From contig JAKABW010000005.1 of assembly GCA_021796535.1 (NCBI GenBank), forward strand, positions 75,672 through 139,671: 64,000 nucleotides of DNA. Reading direction: 5' to 3'. The notes under the pieces were generated by a model. It ran no database searches. It was given only the letters and a program-made list of their open reading frames with translations, and had not been told where the DNA came from. Position numbers and translations under genes: made by a program. This DNA is from Actinomycetes bacterium. Its GTDB lineage: Bacteria; Actinomycetota; Acidimicrobiia; Acidimicrobiales; Bog-793. The first letter of the stretch is position 1, and each line of letters begins with the position of its first letter. This document shows, one piece after another, positions 44,718-55,144 of the stretch.

Positions 44718-46646
44718 CTAAATTCCCGGCACAACTTTTGCAAACGCCGTTTCGGGGCCGTCGCCCTCCGAAGGCTTGGAAGCTGCATAGTATTCATTTA
44801 TGTCGGCCACAAACCCGGCGGCAATGTTTCCCGCCGCAGCCGCCGATGCTTCGTAATCGGCACGATATCGGAGGGTCTCTTCCGTGAGCTCTGACAGTCG
44901 GTCGAACAAAATACTTCCGTTTACGCTATAAACCATCCCCTGCAACAAATGCTCTTCGGGCACCATGGGATCCCCGTTGGGCCAGAATTGCTCTCCGCAA
45001 AGCACAACGGGTATTCCGGCCAAGACGGCTTGCTCGTTGCGGGAGCTCATCCAGTCGCAGCTCAGCAGAATTGCGCTTATTTGCGCCAGCCCGGCAAATG
45101 ATGTCTCGCTTTCCGGCCAGGTATTGCTTATTTCCAATACGGCCGTCCTGTCCATCTGCTTGTCCACCGTCCCGTTGCCGACAAGAAGGAGCCTATGCAA
45201 TTTGGAATTTTGATTGCCGTCTTTTTTCTCTCCCGCATCCGTCAGAGCCGCCACGTCATAAACAGGCAGATGCAAAACCGGGAAATACGGATCGACGGCC
45301 CGCGAGTAGGCGTAGCGCAAAACACCGGCTTCTCCGGCCTCGGCTTCGACAAGCCTCCGTCTGCTGAAATGCCACACGACTTTTTTCTCGCAGGGCACAC
45401 CGAGCTGCTCGGCTGCATCCGAAATGACGCAAACCGTGTCGCCTTTGATGTCTTCTTGGGTCGCATAGTCGATCGCGTGCTCCCCAAGAAAAGACGCCGG
45501 CGCTTTCGGCTTTTCCGTCAGAAGAATTTTTGTGTCATAGCCGGACAGGCGCAGCAGCTTATAGAGACCGAAAAGCTGCTCTCTTTCCAAGGTGGATATT
45601 GCGTTAGGATTGATGCCGATCACGAAATTAAAAGCGTTCTTGGAGCCGGAGACTGCGCTCCGGTAGGCTTCGCCGTACCTTCCTGGCAAAGTTTCTTTCG
45701 GCAATTTCTTTCCCAGAAAAGACACTTTTCCGATATCTTCGGTTTCCCCGTCGGAAAAAGATGTCTGCCGGAAAGAGGATTTCAGGGAATGCACGGAATT
45801 TTCAATATAGCCCTCCACAAAATGGAGCTCCGCCGGTTTCAAGCCGGCTTCTCTGGCCTCCATGAGGTAGTTGTGCAACACTTTGTCGATATCGCCTTCC
45901 CCAATAACATGATTGACTGAAGCAAATTTAAGACTGCTGAGATAACCTATGACATCGGCTGACTCTCTGTAAGCGTTCTTCGGCGCGTAAACGGTTGGCT
46001 GGCCGGCCCAGAGAGACCCCCTGAGCAACAGATCCATCACCAACTGCCGGCGAAAAAGCACCGCATTTTTTACGTCGTAGTCACCGGGAAGGTCCACCCC
46101 CAAAGCCGCCGCCCTGATCACAAAGTTGGAAAGCGAAGGTATGCCGACCGCCCGCAAAGCCAGTAATTCGGCCAGAGGCCTTCCCCCATGCATATATTTG
46201 TCTCCCTGATAAACATCGAAAGTCTCTAAGTCTTCCAAGATTGCCGGCATTCTGTATAACAGTTTTGCCGTGCCCGCCACCGCTCGGGGAAAGCATTCCA
46301 AAGCCAAAACCGCCGCAGAAATATCTTCGGCACCGAATTCTTCTTCTTCGGCGGCAAAGACGACATAGCGGGGTTTGTGTTTCCGTATTTCCGCTCTCAG
46401 AACCGAAGAAGTATCGAGACCTTTTTCCACCTCAATAATTTTGTTCGCCTGCCCCCCGCCGTCACCGCTCACGGAACCGTAAGCGGGACGCCCCTGTGCC
46501 AGAACCTGACTGTTCCGTTCGTCCACAATCGAGACAATTTGGAAGTCTTCTTTGAGCTCAGACAGCTCTTTGGAGTTGCGCCTCAACCAATCCCCGGCGT
46601 TGGCGGGATGCTCCAAGGAAAATATCAGTAAAGACCCCTCATTCAC
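44718..46646 (-). CDS. Large hypothetical protein, possibly glycosyltransferase-like
   Basis: 642 aa, 17 nt upstream of the GT4 gene on the same strand. The C-terminal NEQAVLAGIPVVL is weakly GT-B-like. I recognised no firm motif. Confidence 0.4.
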   Translation of the reverse strand: MNEGSLLIFSLEHPANAGDWLRRNSKELSELKEDFQIVSIVDERNSQVLAQGRPAYGSVSGDGGGQANKIIEVEKGLDTSSVLRAEIRKHKPRYVVFAAEEEEFGAEDISAAVLALECFPRAVAGTAKLLYRMPAILEDLETFDVYQGDKYMHGGRPLAELLALRAVGIPSLSNFVIRAAALGVDLPGDYDVKNAVLFRRQLVMDLLLRGSLWAGQPTVYAPKNAYRESADVIGYLSSLKFASVNHVIGEGDIDKVLHNYLMEAREAGLKPAELHFVEGYIENSVHSLKSSFRQTSFSDGETEDIGKVSFLGKKLPKETLPGRYGEAYRSAVSGSKNAFNFVIGINPNAISTLEREQLFGLYKLLRLSGYDTKILLTEKPKAPASFLGEHAIDYATQEDIKGDTVCVISDAAEQLGVPCEKKVVWHFSRRRLVEAEAGEAGVLRYAYSRAVDPYFPVLHLPVYDVAALTDAGEKKDGNQNSKLHRLLLVGNGTVDKQMDRTAVLEISNTWPESETSFAGLAQISAILLSCDWMSSRNEQAVLAGIPVVLCGEQFWPNGDPMVPEEHLLQGMVYSVNGSILFDRLSELTEETLRYRADYEASAAAAGNIAAGFVADINEYYAASKPSEGDGPETAFAKVVPGI

Positions 46647-47015
46647 CCGGGATCACACCAAAAAGCGCGCAATTGTTCATAATTAGACGAACGGATGCGA
46701 AGCCTCAAACGCTTCCATAAAAGCGCTCGGGATTTGGAGCCAAAACGGCATAAAATATTTCGGAAACCGCCGGCTTGAGAGTGAAAACTCACGACATGCC
46801 GTGAAAACAAACAAGGCGTCGGATCTTTGGGGCACACCTTGACAAAAGCGGACGCTTCCGGTTCCGTCAAGGCCCGATTGACCTTGCCCATCTTTTTTTT
46901 TGATGGACTCTGCAGTGCCGGAAGAAGTAGTCTTTGACGGCCGAGTGCGTTGGGCAAAACCGCCACACAGTCCCGCCGCCAAACGCATTTCGGATACGCC
47001 CGGAATTCCGCGCCT

Positions 47016-47903
47016 TTAGCCCAGAGAATCCTCTGCCGCTTTTGCCAAAGCCTCCACAGCCTCAAACATGGCTTTTCTGTCCGGACCGCATGACAGTACG
47101 GCCCTTGAAACGGAAGGCAAAACGGCTGTTTTACAGGAGGAAAACACTTCGGCGGTCATCTTCATGGTCGCCCCCTGTGCCCCTATTCCGGGAGCCAAAA
47201 ACAAACATCCCAGCTCCGCCAAATCCACGCCGATCCCGTCCGGACAATTGGGGGCAAAAACCGCCCCCACCGGGCCGGTTACGCCGGGACGGTGGTCCAT
47301 GCCGGCAGCGATACCTGCAAAAGAGTTTTGATTGACGGAACGGATTTTCTTCAAAACGGTTTCTTCCACGGAAAGGCCTTCCGACCCCACTTGCTGTATT
47401 GAGCGGGCACCGTCGTTGGAAGAACGGGCCACGACAAAGACGTAACCGCCGCTTTCGGCCGCCAGCCGGAAAACCGGCATCAGTTCCTCCACCCCCAGAT
47501 AAGGAGTCAGAGTAACGGCATCTGCAAAAAAATCCGCTTTTTGATTAAAAAATGCCTCCCCGTATGCAAAAGCCGTACTCCCTATATCGCTTCTTTTTAC
47601 ATCCAGGATCACCAACAGACCGTTGCTCCTGGCCTCTTGCATGGCTTCGCTCAAGACCCTCATGCCGCGCCATCCCTGTCGTTCGAAAAAAGCCGATTGG
47701 AACTTGACCAAGCCGACACGGGAAGAAGCCACTTCCAGACTTGCGGCACAAAACTCTTTCAGACCTACCGGGGAATCCTCCAGCCCCCAGGCCGCAAGAC
47801 TTTCTTTTGAGGGATCTATCCCCATCACCAGCGGACCCAGCCGCCGACGGACGGCAAAGTAGCGTTGTCCGAAAGAAGGCTGTGTAAAGTCATCGGCGGG
47901 CAT
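47016..47903 (-). CDS. pyrF: Orotidine 5'-phosphate decarboxylase, type 2
   Basis: LVMGIDPSKESLAAWGL, LVILDVKRSDIGST and the 295-aa length are typical of the long (actinobacterial-type) PyrF. Confidence 0.85.
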   Translation of the reverse strand: MPADDFTQPSFGQRYFAVRRRLGPLVMGIDPSKESLAAWGLEDSPVGLKEFCAASLEVASSRVGLVKFQSAFFERQGWRGMRVLSEAMQEARSNGLLVILDVKRSDIGSTAFAYGEAFFNQKADFFADAVTLTPYLGVEELMPVFRLAAESGGYVFVVARSSNDGARSIQQVGSEGLSVEETVLKKIRSVNQNSFAGIAAGMDHRPGVTGPVGAVFAPNCPDGIGVDLAELGCLFLAPGIGAQGATMKMTAEVFSSCKTAVLPSVSRAVLSCGPDRKAMFEAVEALAKAAEDSLG

Positions 47904-47965
47904 GTCAGAAATTATAAATCAAGTTGGGCCGGATGCCGGAGGGATCGGCCAAATACATCGTATTT

Positions 47966-48733
47966 TTACGACCCCGCCAGCCAGGGTCCGTAACCCTTTG
48001 CTTCGACTTGGTCCACCAGAGAAGCGTCACCGGTTTCCACAATTTTCCCGTCAATCAGCAGGTGAACTTTGTCCGCCGGCAGATACTCAAGCACTCTGTT
48101 GTAGTGAGTTACCACGATGACTCCCATCCCCGCACCCGCTTTCCCCGTCGGAGATTTTGCGTCCACCAAGTCTTTGACGGCGGTTGAAACCTTCTTCAAA
48201 GCATCCACGTCGAGACCGGAATCCAACTCATCCAAAACCGCGAATTTGGGCGGGAGGCAGCACAGCTGCAAAGCCTCAAGTCTTTTCTTCTCTCCGCCGG
48301 AAGCATCCGTATTGACGCCCCGTTCCAACAATGCGGAATTGATGTCGAGCTTGGCGGCCAGAGCGGAGACCTTTTCCGACATGTATGTTTCCCGATTCCC
48401 GGACGGCCGGGTAGCGCCGAGCGCCGTCAGCAAAATATTTTCCACGGTGACACCGGGAATTTCCGGCGGCTCCTGCATGAGAAAGGCGAGACCGGCTCTT
48501 GCTTTTTCGAAAGTGGAGAGGTCGGTAATGTCTTTCCCGTCGATCAGGATTTGTCCGGAAGTGACTTTATAGCGGTAATGCCCGAACAAGGCATTGGCAA
48601 AAGTGGTTTTCCCCGCACCGTTAGGACCCATCAGTACGTGCACTTCTCCGCTTTTTACCCTCAAATTGACACCGGACAGAACTTGCTTGCCGGATGTCTC
48701 CACCCCCAGGTCGATAATTTGCAACTCGGACAT
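47966..48733 (-). CDS. sufC: Fe-S cluster assembly ATPase SufC
   Basis: MSELQIIDLGV..., GPNGAGKTT, SGGEKKRLEALQ and AVLDELDSGLD. The start ATG at 48733 overlaps the Rieske stop (ATGA). The ORF track extension to 48856 is rejected. Confidence 0.9.
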   Translation of the reverse strand: MSELQIIDLGVETSGKQVLSGVNLRVKSGEVHVLMGPNGAGKTTFANALFGHYRYKVTSGQILIDGKDITDLSTFEKARAGLAFLMQEPPEIPGVTVENILLTALGATRPSGNRETYMSEKVSALAAKLDINSALLERGVNTDASGGEKKRLEALQLCCLPPKFAVLDELDSGLDVDALKKVSTAVKDLVDAKSPTGKAGAGMGVIVVTHYNRVLEYLPADKVHLLIDGKIVETGDASLVDQVEAKGYGPWLAGS

Positions 48734-49080
48734 CAGAAGAGTATCCGGATTTCTTCTCCGACGACACTCACCCGGTACACATCCACCGGTTCGGTGGCCG
48801 GCAGGTTTTGTGGTTCTCCCGTGAGAAGCGAAAAAATGCTTCCGTGCATATAGCACTCTATTTCGCAGGAGTCAAAATCCACCTCCCCCGAAGAAAGAGG
48901 GTAGTCTTCGTGACTGCAGGTGTCGTCGATGCAGTAGATATTGTCCTGCGACCTTATCAGACACAAAGCTTTGCCCTCGAACATCAAACTTTTCACTTCG
49001 CCGACTTTTATGTCGTCAACACCACAAACCGTCTTCCAGGAACCGGGGTCTGTATCTTCTAGAGCGGCGGCATCCGTCAT
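48733..49080 (-). CDS. Rieske [2Fe-2S] domain protein embedded in the suf operon
   Basis: The Rieske ligand pattern CSHEDYPL...CYMHGSIF (CxH...CxxH), 115 aa. Confidence 0.85.
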   Translation of the reverse strand: MTDAAALEDTDPGSWKTVCGVDDIKVGEVKSLMFEGKALCLIRSQDNIYCIDDTCSHEDYPLSSGEVDFDSCEIECYMHGSIFSLLTGEPQNLPATEPVDVYRVSVVGEEIRILF

Positions 49081-49105
49081 GAGTCATATTTCCTTTCGTA
49101 AGAAC

Positions 49106-50455
49106 TTATAATTTATTTGCAATTGTATTATATATATACCCGTTCAACTCAGTGACGGGCGCCGAGTTCAAGAGATCTCTGAAAAACCCCAGCGTAATTA
49201 ACTTTTCTGCCGAAGAAGGATCTATCCCTTTTGTCTCGAGGTAAAAACTCAATTCTTTATCGATCGGGCCGACGGCGGAGGCATGACTGCACTTAACGTC
49301 ATTTTCTTCGATGGAAAGGTTCGGCACGGAATCCGCACTGGCCTTTTCCGACAACACCAAATTGCGGTTTGTCTGGGAGGCTTCCGAACGCACGGCCCCT
49401 TTGGCCATATGTATCAGGCCGGTATAAACGGAGCGCGCTTCACCGTCGACGGCGCCCTTGAAAATCAGCTCGCTTTTCGTATGCGGCGCCAGATGATCCT
49501 GATAGGTGCGCATGTCTTTTATTTGATCATCGCCGGCAAAATACAGCGAATACAAGTTGCTTGAAGCCTGACGCTCCGACAGGACGGAGGAGGTCTCCGT
49601 ACGGGACATCCGCGCTCCGAGAGATACAGAAAATGAATCGAGAAAACCGTTTTCGCGCACAAAGCCGTATTGATGACCATAGTGCTGAGTATTTTTGCCG
49701 AGCACCTGGAGCTGTTCATAGGCAAGATGTGCTCCCTCCTGTACCCAGCAAAAAGTTCTGGGCACCACCAAAGAGGAGGCTCCGTCAGACAGCAAAACCT
49801 CCAGTACTTTCACCTCCGCCCCCTTGTCGGCAAAAATGACCAGGGAGGGAAAATACGTTTCCCCGGCCGCGGAGTCAGCCGAAACAAGGTTGTCTTTCGT
49901 CCCTGAGACGGAGGGATCGTGCAGGCTGTGTATGACGGCAATCGGCAACTCCGCTTTGTAATTCGGCGGTATGTAGAGGAGAATGGGAGTCTTTACAAAT
50001 GCCTTGGCCAACAATTCGAAAAAAGAGTCGTCTCCCGACGGCTCCAGGTATTTACGGACAAGGTCTTTTATGGAGGAAGGGTCGGCAAAGTCGGTCTCCG
50101 ACGGGTTCTCGGCGTCAAAGTCTTCGGCTAAGTTGATGACCCGTATGCCCCCTTTCCCACCCCCGTCCGTCTTCTCTGCGTAACCGTCATTATTAAGTTT
50201 TATGACGGCCGAACACGCAGGAAGGAACTCCGGCCGAATGGTGTCGGCAACGTAAACGGCCTTTGATGCCGGCTTGAAATTGTCCGGACGGAAATTGGAG
50301 ATATCGCTGTAGCGCCAATTTTCCTGATCTTCCGTGGGGACGGGAGTTTTTTCCAGTAGGGCGGCGGCTTGGTTTTTATAACTCTGCAACCAAAGCGGAT
50401 CCGATGTGAATTCAGTTTCTTCCGGCAGTGTGGGCATAATTTCCTTTATTGACAA
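49106..50455 (-). CDS. sufD: Fe-S cluster assembly protein SufD
   Basis: 449 aa. The C-terminal beta-helix blocks (NRNLVLSEKASADSVPNLSIEENDVKCSHASAVGPID) are typical of SufB/SufD. Confidence 0.85.
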   Translation of the reverse strand: MSIKEIMPTLPEETEFTSDPLWLQSYKNQAAALLEKTPVPTEDQENWRYSDISNFRPDNFKPASKAVYVADTIRPEFLPACSAVIKLNNDGYAEKTDGGGKGGIRVINLAEDFDAENPSETDFADPSSIKDLVRKYLEPSGDDSFFELLAKAFVKTPILLYIPPNYKAELPIAVIHSLHDPSVSGTKDNLVSADSAAGETYFPSLVIFADKGAEVKVLEVLLSDGASSLVVPRTFCWVQEGAHLAYEQLQVLGKNTQHYGHQYGFVRENGFLDSFSVSLGARMSRTETSSVLSERQASSNLYSLYFAGDDQIKDMRTYQDHLAPHTKSELIFKGAVDGEARSVYTGLIHMAKGAVRSEASQTNRNLVLSEKASADSVPNLSIEENDVKCSHASAVGPIDKELSFYLETKGIDPSSAEKLITLGFFRDLLNSAPVTELNGYIYNTIANKL

Positions 50456-50501
50456 AATGAAAGGTTGTTAACAATACGTTTATTTAAAAAGGCCTGTTCG
50501 G

Positions 50502-50885
50502 TCAGGATTTATGTCTAAACCTCTTTCCGAAATTATCAAAAAAGCCGCCTTTCTTTGAGAAGCGTCCGTCCTTGTGTTCATTTTCCTTGCGCACTTCCTC
50601 TAAAGCGTCAGGCACGACGCTGTTCACTATGTTTTCCGCCTCGTCCAGCAGTTCGGCGACGTCTCCTTCGGACCCGCCGTTTAACGGCGGCTCTTCTTCA
50701 AGGACCGGCTCCACCAAGGATCCCCTTTCAAACCCCGTGTCGCCGAGCCTCTTTGTATAACCCGGACAGTTGTCCGGACAACGCCACGGTGCTTCCGGAG
50801 CCAAGTCTATCCTGCAGAATCTGGCCACTTCACCGGAAGGATATGTTCTGGACTGATAATGCTTGCAATCTTCTCGCATAGCCAC
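50502..50885 (-). CDS. Small Cys4 protein with an acidic and then basic C-terminal tail, unknown function, between sufB and sufD
   Basis: 127 aa with Cys7, Cys24, Cys36 and Cys40 (CKHY...FCRI...WRCPDNCPGY). Same strand as its neighbours, with short intergenic gaps. Confidence 0.5.
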   Translation of the reverse strand: MAMREDCKHYQSRTYPSGEVARFCRIDLAPEAPWRCPDNCPGYTKRLGDTGFERGSLVEPVLEEEPPLNGGSEGDVAELLDEAENIVNSVVPDALEEVRKENEHKDGRFSKKGGFFDNFGKRFRHKS

Positions 50886-50997
50886 GAGGTCACCCCCACA
50901 AAATCTTAGAGCTCCTACACCAAAATTACGGTTTATCTCCGTAAAAAGTGATTATAGACAACAATAAAGCAAAAGGAGCGCTCTTTTAAAGGCGCGG

Positions 50998-52395
50998 TTA
51001 GCCCACGGCCCCTTCCATTTGCAACTCTATGAGTCTGCTCCATTCAACCGCGTATTCCATGGGGAGGGTGCGCGTGATGGGTTCGATAAAGCCGTTTACT
51101 ATCATCGAAGTCGCCTGGGCTTCGGAAAGTCCTCTGCTCATCAAATAAAATAGCTGTTCTTCGGCTACTTTGGATACAGTGGCCTCATGCCCGATCTGTG
51201 CATCCCGTTCGCTCACTTCCATATAGGGCATCGTTTCCGAAACCGACTCTTTATCCAGAATCAGCGCGTCGCAACGCACAAAAGATTTGGCTTGCTTTGC
51301 CCCTTTGTCCACATGCACCTTGCCTCGGTAAGTGGTGATTCCTCCGTCTTTGGATATGGACTTCGAGACTATGGTGGACGTGGTTTCGTTGGCGCAATGA
51401 AACATTTTTGCCCCGGTGTCCTGGACCTGACCGGAACCGGCATACGCCACGGAAAGCACTTCGCCGGAAGCTTTGGGACCCATCAGATATACCGAGGGGT
51501 ATTTCATCGTAAGCCGGGAGCCTATGTTCCCGTCTATCCATTCCACGTGTGCTTCCGCTTCGGCTCTCGCCCGTTTGGTCACGAGGTTATAAACGTTGTT
51601 GGACCAATTCTGGATGGTCGTATAAGTAATTCTGCTGCCAGGCAACGCAACCAACTCCACAACGGCGGAGTGCAGAGAGTCGCTCGAATAAACGGGAGCG
51701 GAGCACCCTTCCACGTAATGTACTTGGGCACCTTCATCGCAAATGATCAGGGTTCTTTCGAACTGACCCATATTTTCTGCGTTGATTCTAAAGTACGCCT
51801 GCAGAGGCATTTCCACTTTGACGCCCGGGGGCACGTAAATAAAAGACCCCCCCGACCAGACGGCGGAATTGAGAGCTGCAAATTTATTGTCGCTGGGCGG
51901 TATGATTTTACCGAACCATTTCCTGACGATTTCCGGATACTCTCTGACCCCGGTGTCCATATCGGTAAAAATAACCCCTTGCTTTTCCAGATCTTCCCTG
52001 TTGCGGTGGTAAACCACTTCGCTCTCGTACTGGGCGGTTACCCCCGCCAAATATTTGCGTTCCGCTTGAGGGATGCCGAGCTTATCCCATGTGGACTTGA
52101 CGGCGTCCGGCAATTGCTCCCATGAATCGACTTTTTTCTCCGTGGGCTTTATGTAATAGTAAATATCGTCAAAGTTAAGCTCCGGCATTTTTACGGCAAA
52201 CCAGTCTTTCATCGGTTTTGCGAAAAACCTTTGCAGTGACTTCAGGCGAAAGTCCAGCATCCAAGCCGGCTCCTTTTTCATTGCCGACATTTCGCGGACT
52301 ATCTCTTCGGACAGACCTTTTTTCGGCTTATAGATATAGTCCTCTTCGTCACTCCACCCGAGACTGTATTTCCCCAAATCGATACTTGTTGTCAT
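50998..52395 (-). CDS. sufB: Fe-S cluster assembly protein SufB
   Basis: 465 aa, with YGLSEEIV-like N-terminal blocks, [16 protein letters not shown] and [20 protein letters not shown]. Confidence 0.93.
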   Translation of the reverse strand: MTTSIDLGKYSLGWSDEEDYIYKPKKGLSEEIVREMSAMKKEPAWMLDFRLKSLQRFFAKPMKDWFAVKMPELNFDDIYYYIKPTEKKVDSWEQLPDAVKSTWDKLGIPQAERKYLAGVTAQYESEVVYHRNREDLEKQGVIFTDMDTGVREYPEIVRKWFGKIIPPSDNKFAALNSAVWSGGSFIYVPPGVKVEMPLQAYFRINAENMGQFERTLIICDEGAQVHYVEGCSAPVYSSDSLHSAVVELVALPGSRITYTTIQNWSNNVYNLVTKRARAEAEAHVEWIDGNIGSRLTMKYPSVYLMGPKASGEVLSVAYAGSGQVQDTGAKMFHCANETTSTIVSKSISKDGGITTYRGKVHVDKGAKQAKSFVRCDALILDKESVSETMPYMEVSERDAQIGHEATVSKVAEEQLFYLMSRGLSEAQATSMIVNGFIEPITRTLPMEYAVEWSRLIELQMEGAVG

Positions 52396-52638
52396 AATCT
52401 CTCCTCAGTCCTTCATGTGCATCGGAAGCGACGAAAACTGCGGCGGGCAATTCCCGCGGCGTCATTAACAGTATAGCAATTTCCACTATCTACATAGTAA
52501 CAAATATTTACCCGACCCACTCTCGCGCGCCGCTCAAAATATAAAAGGAAAAACCTTTATTTTCAAAGCGAATACCGATAAAAACCCGTGTCCTCAAGAT
52601 TTTTCGTAGAGACACCACTGCACGCAAGATACAGCCTT

Positions 52639-53373
52639 ATGCTAACATTTGTTTCCGTGAAAACCCTTATAGTGCTACCGACATACGAAGAAAGCGCAAA
52701 CATAGAAAATATTTTGCGCAGTGTCCGCAACTCTCTTCCGGCGGCAAACATATTGGTCGTAGACGACTCCAGCCCGGACGGCACGGCCGATATTGCGAAA
52801 AAAATAGCGGAAGAGCTCGGAAATATCGAAGTGTACATCAGACCGGAAAAAAACGGACTGGGACCGGCCTACAGGGCGGGTTTTGCCTGGGGACTGGAAA
52901 GAGGCTACGAGATATTTGTCGAGATGGACTCGGACTTCTCCCACGACCCGGCCCAATTGCCCGACTTGGTAAAACCGGTGGAAGAGGGGGCGGATGTTTC
53001 CATAGGTTCCAGATATATCCCGGGCGGAAAAATACCGAATTGGAAACTTTCCAGGCGTCTCCTCTCACGCGGCGGCAACTTATATGCAAGCGTTCTGCTG
53101 GGTCTGCACGTTGCCGACTCCACCGCCGGTTTCAGAGCCTACAGCGAATCCATTTTGCGGAAAATAGACCTTTCGACCGTCACTGCCGACGGATACGGCT
53201 TTCAGATCGAAATGACTTACAGGGCAAAACAAAAGGGCGGAAAAATACGGGAAGTGCCCATAAGCTTTATCGACAGAGTCGAAGGAACTTCCAAAATGTC
53301 CAGATCCGTTGTCACGGAAGCTCTCTGGCTGGTTACAAAATGGAGTTTTGAGCGGATCCTGCACCGCAAATAG
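52639..53373 (+). CDS. GT2 polyprenol-phosphate mannosyltransferase (Dpm1/Ppm1-like)
   Basis: TLIVLPTYEESANIENIL, ILVVDDSSPDGTADIA, FVEMDSDFSHDP and GSRYIPGG. The ORF opens at 52588, and which start is used is uncertain. Confidence 0.85.
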   Translation: MLTFVSVKTLIVLPTYEESANIENILRSVRNSLPAANILVVDDSSPDGTADIAKKIAEELGNIEVYIRPEKNGLGPAYRAGFAWGLERGYEIFVEMDSDFSHDPAQLPDLVKPVEEGADVSIGSRYIPGGKIPNWKLSRRLLSRGGNLYASVLLGLHVADSTAGFRAYSESILRKIDLSTVTADGYGFQIEMTYRAKQKGGKIREVPISFIDRVEGTSKMSRSVVTEALWLVTKWSFERILHRK

Positions 53374-53396
53374 TTGTTCTTGCCGGAGAAAACCGG

Positions 53397-54785
53397 CTAA
53401 GAAGAACTGGCTCCGGAATTTACCGGGGTGAAAACCATGTCAAACGGTTGAACGTTACTCTTCGGAAAACTTACGTCCAGCCCGTTGACCTCTATGGTGG
53501 CATACGGTGGCGCCCCCACTCTGACGACGATGGGGCCCGAAGCGTGATAGGTGGCGCTGGAACCGGGACTTATCGTACTCATCCACAGATAAGGTCCGTT
53601 GGCTTTGGCCTGTACTCCCACCCAGCACTGACCCTGGGATGAAGCTTTGATGGTGATCGTATAGGTCCCCTTTGGCTCGGCGTAGGAAACAACGGAGGGA
53701 GAAGCCGAGATGGGCGCGATTCCGTTCGTCCCGGTCGATCCGGAATTGACGGGAGGGGGAACGGCTGCTTTTTTCTTCGGCTTGGTCCCTGACGTACCGG
53801 TGTTTGTTTTGGCGGCGTGATGTCCTGATACCAGAGCGGCATGTCCCGATCCGCCGTTTCCGGATGTCAATTGCTCTATTCCGGCAGCCATGGCGGCCAC
53901 AGCCACCACCGATGCCGCCACCGTAGAGATTTTGCGTAACTTGGCACTGCCGGTTATAAAGCCGAAACCGTCTTCGTCGTCAGATTCCCCGTCCGATTCG
54001 GCAGGAGCAGACTTAACCGCTGTTTTTCCGCCGGATCCGGACGTATCCAGGCGGCGCTTGGTCACCGTGGGAGATTTGATGCCGCTTTCCAGTTCCGCAA
54101 GAGAGATGACTTCCGTCAACGGCCCTTCGGCGGCGGAGGGCTTTCCCGAACTTATTGCGCCTTCGGGAACGGCTTTTGCCACCCCGGGCAACGACGGACT
54201 TGCTTTCGCCGCAACATCCTCTTTTTCCGCCGGCTTCTTTTGTGCCGCAGTCCGTTTTACGCCGCGTCCGGTCGGCGGTGAGGCTTTTTCGGTTTCTTTT
54301 CCGTTTGCCGCCGGCGGGAGCGGAGTTTCCGGCCTGAGTTTACTGACCAGTTTGCTCAGGTCTTGATCGGGTGCGGGCGGATCGATTTTTACCTTATCGG
54401 TGCCCGTCGGAGAAAAAGCCGACGAAGAGCTGAAGTCGTCAAAGACAATTTTGGTGTCCCCGGTTATATTGCTGGGCAATATTTTAACCCTCGGTACCTT
54501 CTCGATATTCGGGGCATTCCTGGCAACCACGATTCTTTTCGCATCGGATTGCCCGTCGACCGGTGAAGGATTTATTTTCAGAATGTGAGGCTGCCCTATT
54601 TCTTCATCCGTGGGTTGGTGGACATCACCGAAAGACTCGGAGCGCTTTACGACGTTGCTCAAGACGCCAAGGGTTTTTCTGTAACCTATGACCGACCTTT
54701 TTTCTATTGAGGATCTTCTCATATTGAGAGCGAACACTCCTATGACCAAAAGAACAATTACCAATACCGCCACGATTGCGACCAT
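53397..54785 (-). CDS. Membrane-anchored protein with a RodZ C-terminal (DUF4115-like) domain and a long low-complexity linker
   Basis: It has an N-terminal TM (VAIVAVLVIVLLVIGVFAL) and about 300 aa of a P/A/S/K-rich linker. The C-terminus YTITIKASSQGQCWVGVQA...VVRVGAPPYATIEVNG resembles the RodZ C-terminal domain. No N-terminal HTH is seen. Confidence 0.5.
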   Translation of the reverse strand: MVAIVAVLVIVLLVIGVFALNMRRSSIEKRSVIGYRKTLGVLSNVVKRSESFGDVHQPTDEEIGQPHILKINPSPVDGQSDAKRIVVARNAPNIEKVPRVKILPSNITGDTKIVFDDFSSSSAFSPTGTDKVKIDPPAPDQDLSKLVSKLRPETPLPPAANGKETEKASPPTGRGVKRTAAQKKPAEKEDVAAKASPSLPGVAKAVPEGAISSGKPSAAEGPLTEVISLAELESGIKSPTVTKRRLDTSGSGGKTAVKSAPAESDGESDDEDGFGFITGSAKLRKISTVAASVVAVAAMAAGIEQLTSGNGGSGHAALVSGHHAAKTNTGTSGTKPKKKAAVPPPVNSGSTGTNGIAPISASPSVVSYAEPKGTYTITIKASSQGQCWVGVQAKANGPYLWMSTISPGSSATYHASGPIVVRVGAPPYATIEVNGLDVSFPKSNVQPFDMVFTPVNSGASSS

Positions 54786-55144
54786 GGCTTCACCTCACCG
54801 CCGGTAGTAAAATTTACGCTCCGTGCCGTCCGTGTCAGATTTTAGAACAACGGCACATTACCAGATTAGAACATCAAACAGCCTACGGCAAAGCAGACCG
54901 AAGTAATTTTATTCTCTCTGTATTGCCGCTCTTATCATAATGGCAGTTCGGAGGACAGAGTAAAAACCAAAACAAATGTTATTATATTGTAACTTTTACG
55001 ACAAATTCCTGTTCTTCTCTCATAAAATAAGTGTAACCAACTTTCCGAACGAGGTTTGACGGTATAGAAATCCGGATCTTTGAGTCAAAAATGTGCACCG
55101 AGACAGCTCGCGTAATCTAACCTGTAGAGGGGGACAAATTATCA

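Noticed and set aside
46643-47065. ORFs of 101-140 aa in the 370-bp gap between the 642-aa gene and pyrF
   Set aside because: They overlap the pyrF 3' end or each other. They are Arg/Cys/Leu-rich with no RBS, so the region is probably just promoter and intergenic sequence.
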